IMG/VR virus record: IMGVR_UViG_3300005805_000011
Span: 1 to 33,682 of that record
From: a virus
Taxonomy: Duplodnaviria > Caudoviricetes
DNA: 33,682 bases
Reading direction: 5' to 3' (one strand)
In this document: positions 1 to 9,755 of the stretch, piece after piece
Position numbering within the stretch: the stretch's first letter is position 1
Layout of the letters: every line of letters starts with the position of its first letter
Translations under genes and position numbers: made by a program
Notes under the pieces: model-generated
What the model was told of the DNA's origin: nothing
Databases searched by the model: none
Seen by the model: only the letters and a program-made list of their open reading frames with translations

Positions 1-99
1 TAAATTTTGGATGCCGTACGGATAGGGATCAAGGAATGCAATGAATTCACCAACCAAATCAGGGGAAACATTGTCCGTCATTGTAACAATCAAATAATC
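1..99. repeat. Terminal direct repeat, copy 1 (circular contig overlap)
   Basis: Bases 1-99 (taaattttggatgccg...caaataatc) are identical to 33584-33682, and a reading frame runs through the junction. Confidence 0.95.
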
Positions 100-2664
100 A
101 AATTGACCTTCGCAAAACTGACCTGTGATTGTCACGGGGGGATTTGTCCCTTTTACACCTTCAATCAAAATTGGTTTGAACAATGATGGAAACGGATTCG
201 GTGTTGTTTCAAAATCGATTGGATGAATTTTATTGATGAACACCAAATTCGTGATGAACGTTGTCGGAAACAATGATGACAAATCAAACCTGAAAACGTA
301 TTCGAAATAAATATCCTGATCACCCCAATCGTAAGTGATGGCATTGGTTGAAACGTATGTGTTGCCTAATGCACCCGCCGGGATTCGATTCATCGGTGTT
401 GCATTATTTGAAACAAACACCTGTGATCCGGGCAAAGGATTGTTTTCATATCGCACCCGCCCGTTCCATTCAACGTCAAATGACAAACCCGATTCCGAAC
501 AAAATAAATCCGATGACAGGTTGTTGAAATTGTTAGGGAATCCCGGTGTTCGTATTGATTGCAATTGATCGAACATAAAATATGTAGTTTGTCCCGCAAT
601 TGGAAAATTGTTCACTTTGCGATAAATGTTCAATTTGATGTCAGTCAAAAACGTTGTCCAATCAACCAATGCGGGATTCCATCCGTAATCCTTTATGCAA
701 TTACCAAAATCCCCTGAATTCACATTCAACGTGTTTTTGATCCGTTCCTTCATTGTGGGACTGAAACAGGCATTGCCGACCTTGTTGTGATAATCGTACC
801 AAAACGGGGTGACATCCATCGGACAACAAATTTCGTTTCCGGGGATTTGTGTCACCGAATATTGTGATGATATAAATGAATTTACAAGGTACGTTCCTGA
901 ATCGTAACAAACGGCAATGATATAATATTGTCCCGATGGGTTCAAATTTATTCCAACGTATGCGGAACATTCCCACGTGTTAGGTGCGATCAATGTCGGT
1001 GCGACCGATGGCGAAAACAAATTGTTGTCGATCACACCGATCAATGCATTGGTTGTAATTTCTCCACGTGATGAATCATAATTTTGTAAGAACGTGACCG
1101 AATCATCAATTTGCGATCCATCAATCACCCAAAACAAAACGTTTGTCAATGTTCCGGGATATGTGATTTGGAATTTCACCTGTGTTTTCAAAACCGATGA
1201 CAAATTATTCACCTGTGTTGAATTCCGAAACAACGTGAATTGTGGATTTGTCATTTCGGATGTTCCGTTGTACAAACCTTTATTGTAAAAACGTGCGGTG
1301 ATCGGCATCGATTTCACGGAATCACATTCAAAATTTTCGTATTGTACGGGGTTTGTTCCGGGAATTGCAACCAATGTGTTGGGATCGGATATGTATGTCA
1401 ACACACACAGGTTTTTGTCGGAATTGTAAACCGACTGAACATTGTTCACCAACGGAACAGGTGCTGAAACGTGATTGTTCAACAATTTTGGTTGATTCGC
1501 CAACGTTCCCGAATCGATCCAATTTTCAATGTCCTCAATCAAATAAAAATCCAAAATGATATTGAACGTGTAAGCGGAATAAAAATAAATTTTTGCCGTG
1601 ATGTTCTTTTGACAATTTGCATTTGCACCCGCACCGAACAACGTCATCGTGATTCCACCCGCACCAATGTCACTCAATTGGAATTGATGAACAAATCCTG
1701 TCGGGGGCGGTGAATCAATTGTCGATGTTCCGTAAAGATTGGCGAAATTGCAAACCACGTCAAACAAAACAGGGTTAAAATAAACATATGCACCCGATGA
1801 CAAAAACCCGTTGTTGTATTGGTATTCCATTATCAATTGTTTTTTTTCACCGATTGCCCCATAGGTGTATAATTCACCCGCTGACAATTCGCAAAAATCA
1901 AAATTGATTGGAATGTAGTTGTTTTCCGTTTCCAACCTTGCACCGATACAATTCAAACCGCAATCATTACAAACAACGGGAACAATTGTGACATCAACGA
2001 TTTGAATATTCCCGCAAACATCCAATGTCATTTGACACGTTCCCGTTGACAACGTTGATCCGCACATTGTCCATTGGATCACACCTGATGTCATTGGCGG
2101 GATGTCCACTTTGTTAGGCATCCCGGAAACAATACCATTGAAATAGTAATCGATTGTGCCTCCAAAAATATCATCACAATCGGAATCGATCGTGATCGTG
2201 TATGTCAACCCGGTGTTGTTGTAAACGTCAATGCCGATCGGTTGTAATTGTGTGCAATCGTTTGAACACGGAAACCATTGAACGGGATTTGCCGATGTGT
2301 AATCGATCCCCACAGGGTTGAAATCGTAATAAAATGAATGTGTTGCACCGCCCTGTGTATGAATTTTCAATTCACCTGTGATTGGTGTCAGGTTGCATTC
2401 ACAAATTGAAACGATCACCGACAATTGGTTATTTTGTGTCAACGTAAAATTGACAGGCAAAGGATTCGCCCACGTTGCGCCATTGTAACTGATCGGAACT
2501 GATCCGCAATCATTCAATCCGTTTTCAATCCATTCAATCTTTGTGATCGTGTGATTCGCTTCAAGCGGTGACAATGTCAGGATGAATTCAGCCAATCCAC
2601 AACAATTTTCAAAAAAATCGTTTGTTCCTGATCCCTGTTGTACTAATTGTGACGTGCAAATCAT
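1..2664 (-). CDS. Large Cys-rich virion/tail-tip protein, N-terminal 888 codons of a ~941-aa protein that continues across the contig junction to the stop at 33422
   Basis: Manual translation from ATG at 2664 (MICTSQLVQQGSGTNDFFENCCGLAEF...) is open to base 1 and joins in frame with the 33422..33676 ORF (...YGIQNLQESDPIPSP...GLYHV*). It lies downstream of the tape measure and the 582-aa gene, is beta-rich and has about 29 Cys. Confidence 0.85.
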   Translation of the reverse strand, partial: MICTSQLVQQGSGTNDFFENCCGLAEFILTLSPLEANHTITKIEWIENGLNDCGSVPISYNGATWANPLPVNFTLTQNNQLSVIVSICECNLTPITGELKIHTQGGATHSFYYDFNPVGIDYTSANPVQWFPCSNDCTQLQPIGIDVYNNTGLTYTITIDSDCDDIFGGTIDYYFNGIVSGMPNKVDIPPMTSGVIQWTMCGSTLSTGTCQMTLDVCGNIQIVDVTIVPVVCNDCGLNCIGARLETENNYIPINFDFCELSAGELYTYGAIGEKKQLIMEYQYNNGFLSSGAYVYFNPVLFDVVCNFANLYGTSTIDSPPPTGFVHQFQLSDIGAGGITMTLFGAGANANCQKNITAKIYFYSAYTFNIILDFYLIEDIENWIDSGTLANQPKLLNNHVSAPVPLVNNVQSVYNSDKNLCVLTYISDPNTLVAIPGTNPVQYENFECDSVKSMPITARFYNKGLYNGTSEMTNPQFTLFRNSTQVNNLSSVLKTQVKFQITYPGTLTNVLFWVIDGSQIDDSVTFLQNYDSSRGEITTNALIGVIDNNLFSPSVAPTLIAPNTWECSAYVGINLNPSGQYYIIAVCYDSGTYLVNSFISSQYSVTQIPGNEICCPMDVTPFWYDYHNKVGNACFSPTMKERIKNTLNVNSGDFGNCIKDYGWNPALVDWTTFLTDIKLNIYRKVNNFPIAGQTTYFMFDQLQSIRTPGFPNNFNNLSSDLFCSESGLSFDVEWNGRVRYENNPLPGSQVFVSNNATPMNRIPAGALGNTYVSTNAITYDWGDQDIYFEYVFRFDLSSLFPTTFITNLVFINKIHPIDFETTPNPFPSLFKPILIEGVKGTNPPVTITGQFCEGQFDYLIVTMTDNVSPDLVGEFIAFLDPYPYGIQNL

Positions 2665-2681
2665 TTTGCTAATTTATTGTT

Positions 2682-4430
2682 TTAAACGATACCTGAAACC
2701 TGAATTGTCCTGTTTTTAAAATCAATTTGCAATTCATTCACCAATCCATTAACCACGTTTTGACCTTTAACCAATCGAATCGTTTTTTGGAACGAAAACG
2801 AATTCAATTGTGTGCAGTCAAATTTGAACGTGAATTTGAATTCAAAATTTGTTGCACCCGGCAATCGTGGATCATCGATGTAATGAAATAACGAATACAA
2901 ATTGTTTGATCGACCCGCCCAAAACCACATTGGGTAATTGAACCTTTCATCAGGCGGGATGTAAATTGAACCACCTGTGAACGTGTCATCGTAATTGTGA
3001 ACAACCTCCCCATCCGATGTCGTGTTGTAAATCAAAAATTTGTAATTGAAAAACGTGTGTTGGTTGATCAACAATGCTTTGTCATATTGTCCAAATGCAC
3101 CGCCAAATAAAACATTGATGATTCCACCCAATGCGTTCGACATAAACGTGAACACATCCGTGTCGATTCCATCTTCTCGATGCCGTGCGGGTGATGCGGG
3201 AATTGTGACATTCAATTCACCCGCCTGTGATGAATTATAAGGAACATTCCAATCAACGATGTCATTGTAACGTGATTTCGCTTCGTTGCCGATGTAATCC
3301 TGTGCATCCAATTGATATTCGTATCGGGCGAATGCGAATCGTTCCTTATCGATCCAATTGTAACAAATCGTGTCATCAATGATGTCACCCGCATTCAATA
3401 ATTGTTCCGTGTCGATCCAATTCACGTTTGTGGTGAAATAATCTTTTCGCTCAAACGTCAACACCCCGTTTGCAACACGATAATCGGCATTAAATATCGG
3501 TTTCAAGTATTGGTTCAAATATGTTTCCAATGTTTCAACCGGGCGGTTGTCATCGATCACGGAAAAATTGGTTGAGGTTTTCGGTCGTCCCTTTTTTATT
3601 TGCGCTGATGCCATCACCAAATTGAAATATGGCGATGATGGATTGTTCAGGATGGATGATTGAAACGTCAATCCGCATTTGTCACAAACGTTTTTGATGT
3701 AATCACGAACATAGGGGGATGGGTGAAAACGTCCGCAAGGGATCAACAATTCATTCAATTGACCATAAATTTGAAAAACGTTGTTGATCAACGTCACCGG
3801 GTTTGTGAACGGGGTGTTGCAATTTGGCGGATCACAATCAATCAACGGAATGTCGCAAATGAAATCAATAACCTGACAAATTAGATAAATGATCGCAATG
3901 ATCGGAATCAATGTTGTCAATATACCAATCAGGATTCCGAAAAACATATAATTCAAAATCGCAGTCAAAAAAATCAAAACATATTGAAAAAATTCAGGAC
4001 GTGATTCAATGCAATACCGAATGATTGGATGTTGTTTGACTGATGAAAATCCGTTCCAATCATCCCAAATGATCGTTGATTTCAAACAATTTATTTGTGC
4101 GTCATCCTCGACAACGTTTGCCGTTATGAAACAACCGGGTTCACACCAATCGATTGCATCCCCGAAAATGAATCCATCAAACACGGGATTCCCTTTGCAA
4201 CAATCATCCCAAATTGTGATTTGTACTTTTTTGGAAAACCCTGTCGGATCATCAATCAGGATCGTTTTCAAAACCTGATATCCGTCATCGTAAAACGTCA
4301 ATTCGGATGAAAACGATTTCGCCAATCGACCTGATTCATCCGACCTTCGAATCGTTACGTTGAAATTATCAACGCCATCGATCCGACCTGTGATCAACGT
4401 TCCGTTCAATTCAATTTTCATTGTTGACAT
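2682..4430 (-). CDS. Tail tip/baseplate hub-like structural protein with an internal hydrophobic segment (582 aa)
   Basis: Long ORF directly after the tape measure; about 15 Cys; hydrophobic stretch at residues ~147-190. Function inferred from position. Confidence 0.6.
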   Translation of the reverse strand: MSTMKIELNGTLITGRIDGVDNFNVTIRRSDESGRLAKSFSSELTFYDDGYQVLKTILIDDPTGFSKKVQITIWDDCCKGNPVFDGFIFGDAIDWCEPGCFITANVVEDDAQINCLKSTIIWDDWNGFSSVKQHPIIRYCIESRPEFFQYVLIFLTAILNYMFFGILIGILTTLIPIIAIIYLICQVIDFICDIPLIDCDPPNCNTPFTNPVTLINNVFQIYGQLNELLIPCGRFHPSPYVRDYIKNVCDKCGLTFQSSILNNPSSPYFNLVMASAQIKKGRPKTSTNFSVIDDNRPVETLETYLNQYLKPIFNADYRVANGVLTFERKDYFTTNVNWIDTEQLLNAGDIIDDTICYNWIDKERFAFARYEYQLDAQDYIGNEAKSRYNDIVDWNVPYNSSQAGELNVTIPASPARHREDGIDTDVFTFMSNALGGIINVLFGGAFGQYDKALLINQHTFFNYKFLIYNTTSDGEVVHNYDDTFTGGSIYIPPDERFNYPMWFWAGRSNNLYSLFHYIDDPRLPGATNFEFKFTFKFDCTQLNSFSFQKTIRLVKGQNVVNGLVNELQIDFKNRTIQVSGIV

Positions 4431-4442
4431 CGGTTTCCTTTT

Positions 4443-7400
4443 TTATCGTGCCTTGTTTCGGATTCGGTTTTGTTTATATTGCAATGTTGACACGATCCCG
4501 TGAATGCCACGTTCATCGATCGACAACGACATTCCCTTTTGTTCCCGGATTGCCTTTTCAATCCGTGTCAGTTTTTCATCCATCCCGGCGTTTTGAACAA
4601 CCAACACCTTTGATGACATTCCCTTTGTGATGAATGGATCACGACCTTTGTGGATGTCCTCAAACAACGACCTATATTTTGCGGTTTTCTCTTTTGTGAA
4701 AACGAATTCGCCTTTGTGGACAATCCCGGCGGGTTCATATTTTCCGCCATCCCCTGTGAATCCACCTTCGGCAAAACCACCACCCGCTGATTGCGCCAAT
4801 GCACGGGCTTTGATGAATCCCGCAGTCAACGCAATGATTGTCGATGCAATCGTGAATGGTGCTAATGCACCGCCATCACGTGCGGATTTTGCAATTGCCA
4901 ATGCTGAATTGAATGCCAATTCAACGAATGCCAATGCCTGTTGTTGTCGAACGAAATTCGCACGTTGGCGGTTCAATTTATCCAATCGTTCTTCTTCCAA
5001 TTGCAACAATTCAGCATTCCCTTTTTCCGCAATTTCCTTTGCACGTTCAACCCGTTTTTCCTGTGATGATATTGCAACCTCCGTTTGTTTGATTTGTGCA
5101 TCAATCACGGAATTGATCAATGCCAACGTTTCCTTTGTCACGTCCTCGTAACCTTGCAAAATTTCTTCGTTTGCCTTTTTACTTGCATCGGTTGCGGTTT
5201 TCGCCCCATCGACATTGATTTTGTCGATCTTATCCTGTGTTTCTTTTTTCTCTTTTAAAACGTCCAATGTTGCTTGATCCTCGATCGCTTTAATCTCCAA
5301 TGCGGTTTTTCCTTTGACGTTTTTTTCCGCTTTTGCATTGGTTTCGATTTGCAAAATGCGTTCATTGGATTCACGTTTCAACGAATCGATTGTCAACAAT
5401 TTATTTTCATTCAATTGTTTCAATATCGAATCACGTTCCTTTTTTGTTGTTGCCTTTGACAAACGTTCATTCAATTTGTCACGTTCGGTTGCCAATTTTT
5501 CCTGAATGATTTGTTCATCCAATATTCGTTGTTCGGATGCGATTTTTCCAATCTCCAATTGTGATTTCAAATCACGTTGATCATAATCCCTTTTGATTTT
5601 GAAAATTTCTTTTTCCTGATCCTGTTGAATCTTTATTGCGGTCAATCGTTTCAATTCATCAAATTGCGCCTGAACACCCGCAGTCAACGTTCCCTGTTGA
5701 CGTGCATTTTCAATTTCACGATCGATGTCGGCATCGGCACGTTTTTGTTTCAATGCATACAAATCATTCACCTGTTGTTGTGCTTCGTTGAATGATTCGG
5801 GATCGGTGAATGTGATCGCTTGTTCCCGGATATCCAATCGCAATGAATTGATTTTTTCCTGTAAATTGTTGAACAATGTTTTGATTTGATCAGCGGTTTT
5901 GGAATCCGTTCCATCAGGGATTTTTATTTCAGGTGCTTTTAATGATGCACCTTCATTCAACAATTGTTCAATCCTTTTATTCAAATCATTCAATTCAAGC
6001 AAATCCTGATCAACACCATTTTGAACCTTCCCTAATGTTTTAACCAAAAGGTTTTGGTTTTTTATTTGATTTTGAATTGCCGGGTTGATATCCTGCAAAT
6101 CGGTTAATTGTCGATCGTTGATGTTCTTTTGTTCATCACCTATCACCTTTGCGTTTTTAGCAACCCTTTGTTGCAATTCACTTTGTTTTTTGTAAAGTTC
6201 AACCAACGTTTCCTCTATCGCACGTGCCTTCGCTTTGTTTTCAATCAATGCAATCGCTTTTGCGGTTTCATTGTTTACCGCCTCCTGAAACTTTTTTTCA
6301 TCATCCAAATTTTTCAACGTTGTCCCGTAGTTGTCATTCAATTCCTTAATCAATCGATTCCGTTCCGTTGATCCGTTGTTAGACTTACGGATTTGGTTGA
6401 TCAACAAATCCAATTTGGCACGTTCCTGATCGATCAAATCGTTTTCCTTTAGTTTTTGTTGTTCACGTGATTTTGCCAAATCAAAACGTTCGTTTTCCGC
6501 TTCAGTCGCTTCGGCGGTTGCATCACCGAAATCAATCAACAATGACGTTGCCAATGCCAACCCGGAAACCAACAATCCAATCGGGTTTGCCCTTAACACC
6601 GCTGAAAATGCACGTGTGGACGCAGTAACCAATCGTGTGGCAATATTCAAACCTGTGGTTGCCGTTGTTTGCAGTATTGTTCCCGCCGTTGCTGATCGTT
6701 GCACCCCGTTCACGAATGCGATTGCACGACCCTTTGCGTTTTCCAATCCTATGGAAACACGATCAACAATGTTTTTTGCGGTTATGTAACCACGTGCCAA
6801 AATCCAAAATTGATTTTGCAATCGTTGTTGGATTGTGACAAACGTGATTGCACCCGCCAAAATTTTCAACGTTGTTGCATTTTCCTGAATGAATGCCGGG
6901 ATTTGTCGGATTACCTGAATGAATTGGAACAAACCTTCAATCACGGATTCCAATGTCGGTTTCAATGCCGTGCCGATATCACGTGCCAAAAATGTGAATT
7001 CATCTTTTAACGTTGCCAATCGACCTGTCAACGATTGCGACAATTCATTTGTCAAACCGAAAAACGATCCTTTTTCACCTTCGGTTGTCAGCAATTTCAA
7101 AGCCTGTTGCAAATCCAAAAAACTGATTTTGCCTTGTTCACCGAATTTGCGAACATCCGCTTCGGCAATGTTCAAAACCTCCGCTAATTTTCCATAAATC
7201 GGAACACCCGCTTCAGCCAATTGGTTCAGTTCTTCGCCCTGAACAATCCCTTGTGTTTTCGCTTTGCCGAATATCGTTGCAAGTTCGTTGAAATCCTTTC
7301 CTGTCCCGGCACTAATGTCACCCAACGTTCGCAACGTTGATTGCAGTTCATTAACAGGAACACCGAATGCCAACAACGCACGTCCCGCCCTTGTCACTTG

Positions 7401-7745
7401 TTCGGTTTCAAAAGGTGTTGAAATTGCGAATTCCTCCAATGATTTCAAAACCTCTTTTGCCCGATCCGATGATCCCAAAAATGTGGTGAATGATATTTGC
7501 AGTTTTTCCAATTCAGCGGTTGCCGTGAATGCGGATTGTGCGAATGTCAACAACCCCTGACCGACTCCAAGTGTTGCCAATGTCGCACCCGCCTGTCGTA
7601 ACAATGAACCGAATGATGTCAGCGATTGTTCCGCCTGTTTTGTTGAATTGTTAATTTGCGCCAATTCTTTTTGAACCGCATCCAATTCCCTTCGCAATTG
7701 CCCGGTGTCGGCTTGTATTTTAAACAGGACGTTTTTCGTTGCCAT
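4443..7745 (-). CDS. Tail tape measure protein (1100 aa)
   Basis: Tape-measure N-terminal motif (TPFETEQV...GDISAGTG...QGEELNQLAEAGVP), long coiled-coil and hydrophobic helices, C-terminal FAEGGFTGDGGKYEPAGIVHKGEFV motif; preceded by a frameshifting chaperone pair. Confidence 0.93.
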   Translation of the reverse strand: MATKNVLFKIQADTGQLRRELDAVQKELAQINNSTKQAEQSLTSFGSLLRQAGATLATLGVGQGLLTFAQSAFTATAELEKLQISFTTFLGSSDRAKEVLKSLEEFAISTPFETEQVTRAGRALLAFGVPVNELQSTLRTLGDISAGTGKDFNELATIFGKAKTQGIVQGEELNQLAEAGVPIYGKLAEVLNIAEADVRKFGEQGKISFLDLQQALKLLTTEGEKGSFFGLTNELSQSLTGRLATLKDEFTFLARDIGTALKPTLESVIEGLFQFIQVIRQIPAFIQENATTLKILAGAITFVTIQQRLQNQFWILARGYITAKNIVDRVSIGLENAKGRAIAFVNGVQRSATAGTILQTTATTGLNIATRLVTASTRAFSAVLRANPIGLLVSGLALATSLLIDFGDATAEATEAENERFDLAKSREQQKLKENDLIDQERAKLDLLINQIRKSNNGSTERNRLIKELNDNYGTTLKNLDDEKKFQEAVNNETAKAIALIENKAKARAIEETLVELYKKQSELQQRVAKNAKVIGDEQKNINDRQLTDLQDINPAIQNQIKNQNLLVKTLGKVQNGVDQDLLELNDLNKRIEQLLNEGASLKAPEIKIPDGTDSKTADQIKTLFNNLQEKINSLRLDIREQAITFTDPESFNEAQQQVNDLYALKQKRADADIDREIENARQQGTLTAGVQAQFDELKRLTAIKIQQDQEKEIFKIKRDYDQRDLKSQLEIGKIASEQRILDEQIIQEKLATERDKLNERLSKATTKKERDSILKQLNENKLLTIDSLKRESNERILQIETNAKAEKNVKGKTALEIKAIEDQATLDVLKEKKETQDKIDKINVDGAKTATDASKKANEEILQGYEDVTKETLALINSVIDAQIKQTEVAISSQEKRVERAKEIAEKGNAELLQLEEERLDKLNRQRANFVRQQQALAFVELAFNSALAIAKSARDGGALAPFTIASTIIALTAGFIKARALAQSAGGGFAEGGFTGDGGKYEPAGIVHKGEFVFTKEKTAKYRSLFEDIHKGRDPFITKGMSSKVLVVQNAGMDEKLTRIEKAIREQKGMSLSIDERGIHGIVSTLQYKQNRIRNKAR

Positions 7746-7754
7746 TGTTTTAAT

Positions 7755-8105
7755 TTATTTTTTTGATGATATCTTTTTTCGTGTCACAGGTTTTTCATCA
7801 TCGTGATCCGATCCCCTGTCAACCGATTTGTTTTTTTCTTCAATGATTTTCATCCACGTTGTGATCGTTTGATAGTATTCATCCACCGACAAATTTTCCA
7901 ACACCTTCATTTCACTTGGCTTTGAATCACAAATCAATTGGTTTAAAGTGTTTATATCATCAATGTATTTTCCGATTTCAACGTTTGCAAATATTGATTT
8001 AACCTTTCGTTTTCCGTTTTTGCCTTCCGTAAAAAGTTTATTATATCGGTGTCGGATGTATTCCCAAATTGAATTGTGCGTTCGAATGCCTTTTGCAAAA
8101 AAAAA
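7755..8105 (-). CDS. Tail assembly chaperone, -1 frameshift extension (gpGT-like C-terminal part)
   Basis: The -1 frame is open from the T9 tract (8097-8105) to TAA at 7755 (FAKGIRTHNSIWEY...LICDSKPSEMK...SSKK*), immediately upstream of the tape measure. Confidence 0.7.
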   Translation of the reverse strand, partial: FFFAKGIRTHNSIWEYIRHRYNKLFTEGKNGKRKVKSIFANVEIGKYIDDINTLNQLICDSKPSEMKVLENLSVDEYYQTITTWMKIIEEKNKSVDRGSDHDDEKPVTRKKISSKK

Positions 8106-8530
8106 TCCTTTGCATCGGAATCGGCATTCAGGATGTCACGTTTTTTGTTTTGCCATTCATCGCTGAATTGCGTTTCATCTTCGCCATCAATAATGAAATA
8201 ACACACCGCCAATTCCATCAATGTTTTTTCTTCGCCAATGAAATTCAACCTGAATTCAATTTCGGACAAAACCGAAAACAATTCAACGATGTTCCCGGTG
8301 TTTGCGTTTTTTTTCATCGCTTCAATCAGGATCATCAATTCGGATTTTGTCAAATTCATTTCAGCAAATCGTGTTGCAACTTCCGCATTGATTGTCCTTC
8401 GTGCCGGGATTGTCAGGTTGTTGATGTATTCAAACCAATCGTTTCCGAATTTGTCGGTGTATATTTTATTCACCGCAATTTGACGTTCACGTTTGTTTGT
8501 GCTTTGCTTTTTTTGTTTGTTCCAAAACAT
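7952..8530 (-). CDS. Tail assembly chaperone (gpG-like, ~192 aa)
   Basis: Position before the tape measure and a slippery GAT TTT TTT TTG site near the C-terminus. Likely start is ATG 8530 (MFWNK) after an A-rich leader; the ORF track extends it to 8572. Confidence 0.75.
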   Translation of the reverse strand: MFWNKQKKQSTNKRERQIAVNKIYTDKFGNDWFEYINNLTIPARRTINAEVATRFAEMNLTKSELMILIEAMKKNANTGNIVELFSVLSEIEFRLNFIGEEKTLMELAVCYFIIDGEDETQFSDEWQNKKRDILNADSDAKDFFLQKAFERTIQFGNTSDTDIINFLRKAKTENERLNQYLQTLKSENTLMI

Positions 8531-8549
8531 ATTGTTTTTTGTTTGATGT

Positions 8550-9563
8550 TTATTCAATGTAAATGTAGCCACCGAAAATCGTTGTCAACGGATTTGTTGC
8601 CCACGTTGGGTTGATGAATTTCATTTCGAAATAATCACCCGCAACAACGGCAATGTTCAATGATGCGTTTGAAAATATACGTTCGGACGTTGCGACCGCC
8701 AACGTTGCAATCAACGTGTCGGTTGTATTGTTTAAACGAATGTAACCTGACCACGATTGATTTGTTCCCGCAGTCCCGGAATAGCAATAAATTTCAACAC
8801 GTTTGATTGTTCCCGCTTTAGGGATGTAAACCTTTGAAATGTTTGCGGTCGTTGTTGGTGCTTTAGGCAAATTGCCGAAATAAATCGTTGCCCCATCAGC
8901 GGGTGAACTTGTCAATGCCTGAACCTGTAATGTGTAACCCAACGTTGAAACATCCCCTGATCCCAACAATGAATTGCCGTTGATCGTTTTGATATTTGTT
9001 CCCGAAACCAAAACATCCTGAACGGGCAAATCCCCTGATCCCAACAACGAATTTGAATTGATGGATTTGATGTTCGTTCCTGAAATCAATTTGTCCTGTA
9101 AATCAAAATTTCCTGATCCCAACACGGATGTTGCATTGATTGTTTTGATGTTTGTCCCGGAAACCAACACGTCCTGAACCGCCACGTTTCCTGATCCAAC
9201 AATTGAATTCGAATTGATCGTTTTGATATTCGATCCGCTTACCAACGAATCCTGTTTGCCGTTGAACGTATTGAAATCCGTTGATGATAAATATCCATCA
9301 ATTGATCCTGTGGCTTTCTTTACTTGAATCGATGTTCCTGATCCAACAACCGCATCAGTCCCGCCAACGATTGTCAAAACGTTTGATGTGGCTTCAGTCA
9401 AATCCCCTGTGGTGACACCGCCACCACCACCACCACCACCATTCGACAAATCATCGATTTGTTCCTGAATGTTACTGACCGCACCTTGCAAATAGGACAA
9501 TTCCTGAATTGTCGGATAAAGAGGCAAATTGGGATTCGGTGTCGGATTGATGTAATTCGGCAT
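8550..9563 (-). CDS. Tail/head fibre-like protein with four 26-aa repeats (337 aa)
   Basis: Short N-terminal coiled coil, poly-Gly hinge, 4x QDxL(V/I)SG(T/S)NIK(T/S)INxxSxxGSG repeats and a beta-rich C-terminal head. Confidence 0.7.
   Translation of the reverse strand: MPNYINPTPNPNLPLYPTIQELSYLQGAVSNIQEQIDDLSNGGGGGGGGVTTGDLTEATSNVLTIVGGTDAVVGSGTSIQVKKATGSIDGYLSSTDFNTFNGKQDSLVSGSNIKTINSNSIVGSGNVAVQDVLVSGTNIKTINATSVLGSGNFDLQDKLISGTNIKSINSNSLLGSGDLPVQDVLVSGTNIKTINGNSLLGSGDVSTLGYTLQVQALTSSPADGATIYFGNLPKAPTTTANISKVYIPKAGTIKRVEIYCYSGTAGTNQSWSGYIRLNNTTDTLIATLAVATSERIFSNASLNIAVVAGDYFEMKFINPTWATNPLTTIFGGYIYIE
8945..9256 (-). repeat. Four tandem ~78-bp coding repeats in the fibre gene
   Basis: Repeated cctgatcc(c)aaca...ttgat...cc(c/t/g)gaaa units encoding the 26-aa repeat. 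Ends are approximate. Confidence 0.85.
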
Positions 9564-9566
9564 CGT

Positions 9567-9701
9567 TTATTTTTTTTTGGTTGTTGCCTTTTTTATTACT
9601 CCCGCCTTTTGCAACGATGCCGTGCAAATAGCATAGGCGGATGATTTGTTTTTCCCTTGTTTCATCACGTCCGTGACGCAACGTTCCAATTTTTTCGGCA
9701 T
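9567..9701 (-). CDS. Small basic two-Cys protein (44 aa, MPKKLERCVTDVMKQGKNKSSAYAICTASLQKAGVIKKATTKKK)
   Basis: Below the ORF-track cutoff. ATG at 9701 and TAA at 9567; fills the gap between a promoter and the fibre gene. Confidence 0.8.
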   Translation of the reverse strand: MPKKLERCVTDVMKQGKNKSSAYAICTASLQKAGVIKKATTKKK

Positions 9702-9725
9702 CGTTTCAATGTTTATTGTTTCAAA

Positions 9726-9755
9726 CAAAAGTAATCATTTCAGCAATTTGACAAA
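9726..9755 (-). promoter_or_regulatory. Bacteroidota sigma70-type promoter (TTTG-N18-TACTTTTG)
   Basis: Matches the -33 TTTG / -7 TAnnTTTG consensus, just after the TerL stop and upstream of the tail genes. Confidence 0.55.

Noticed and set aside
1-2680. Apparent non-coding or recoded region suggesting an alternative genetic code
   Set aside because: It is one open standard-code frame running off the contig end. Elsewhere genes tile tightly with TAA/TGA stops and need no read-through.
9418-9441. (CCA)n microsatellite as a phase-variation tract
   Set aside because: It is an in-frame poly-Gly hinge; triplet slippage would not switch frame.
9472-9681. 69-aa ORF from the track
   Set aside because: It overlaps the fibre gene; the 44-aa ORF at 9567-9701 fits the gap and promoter better.
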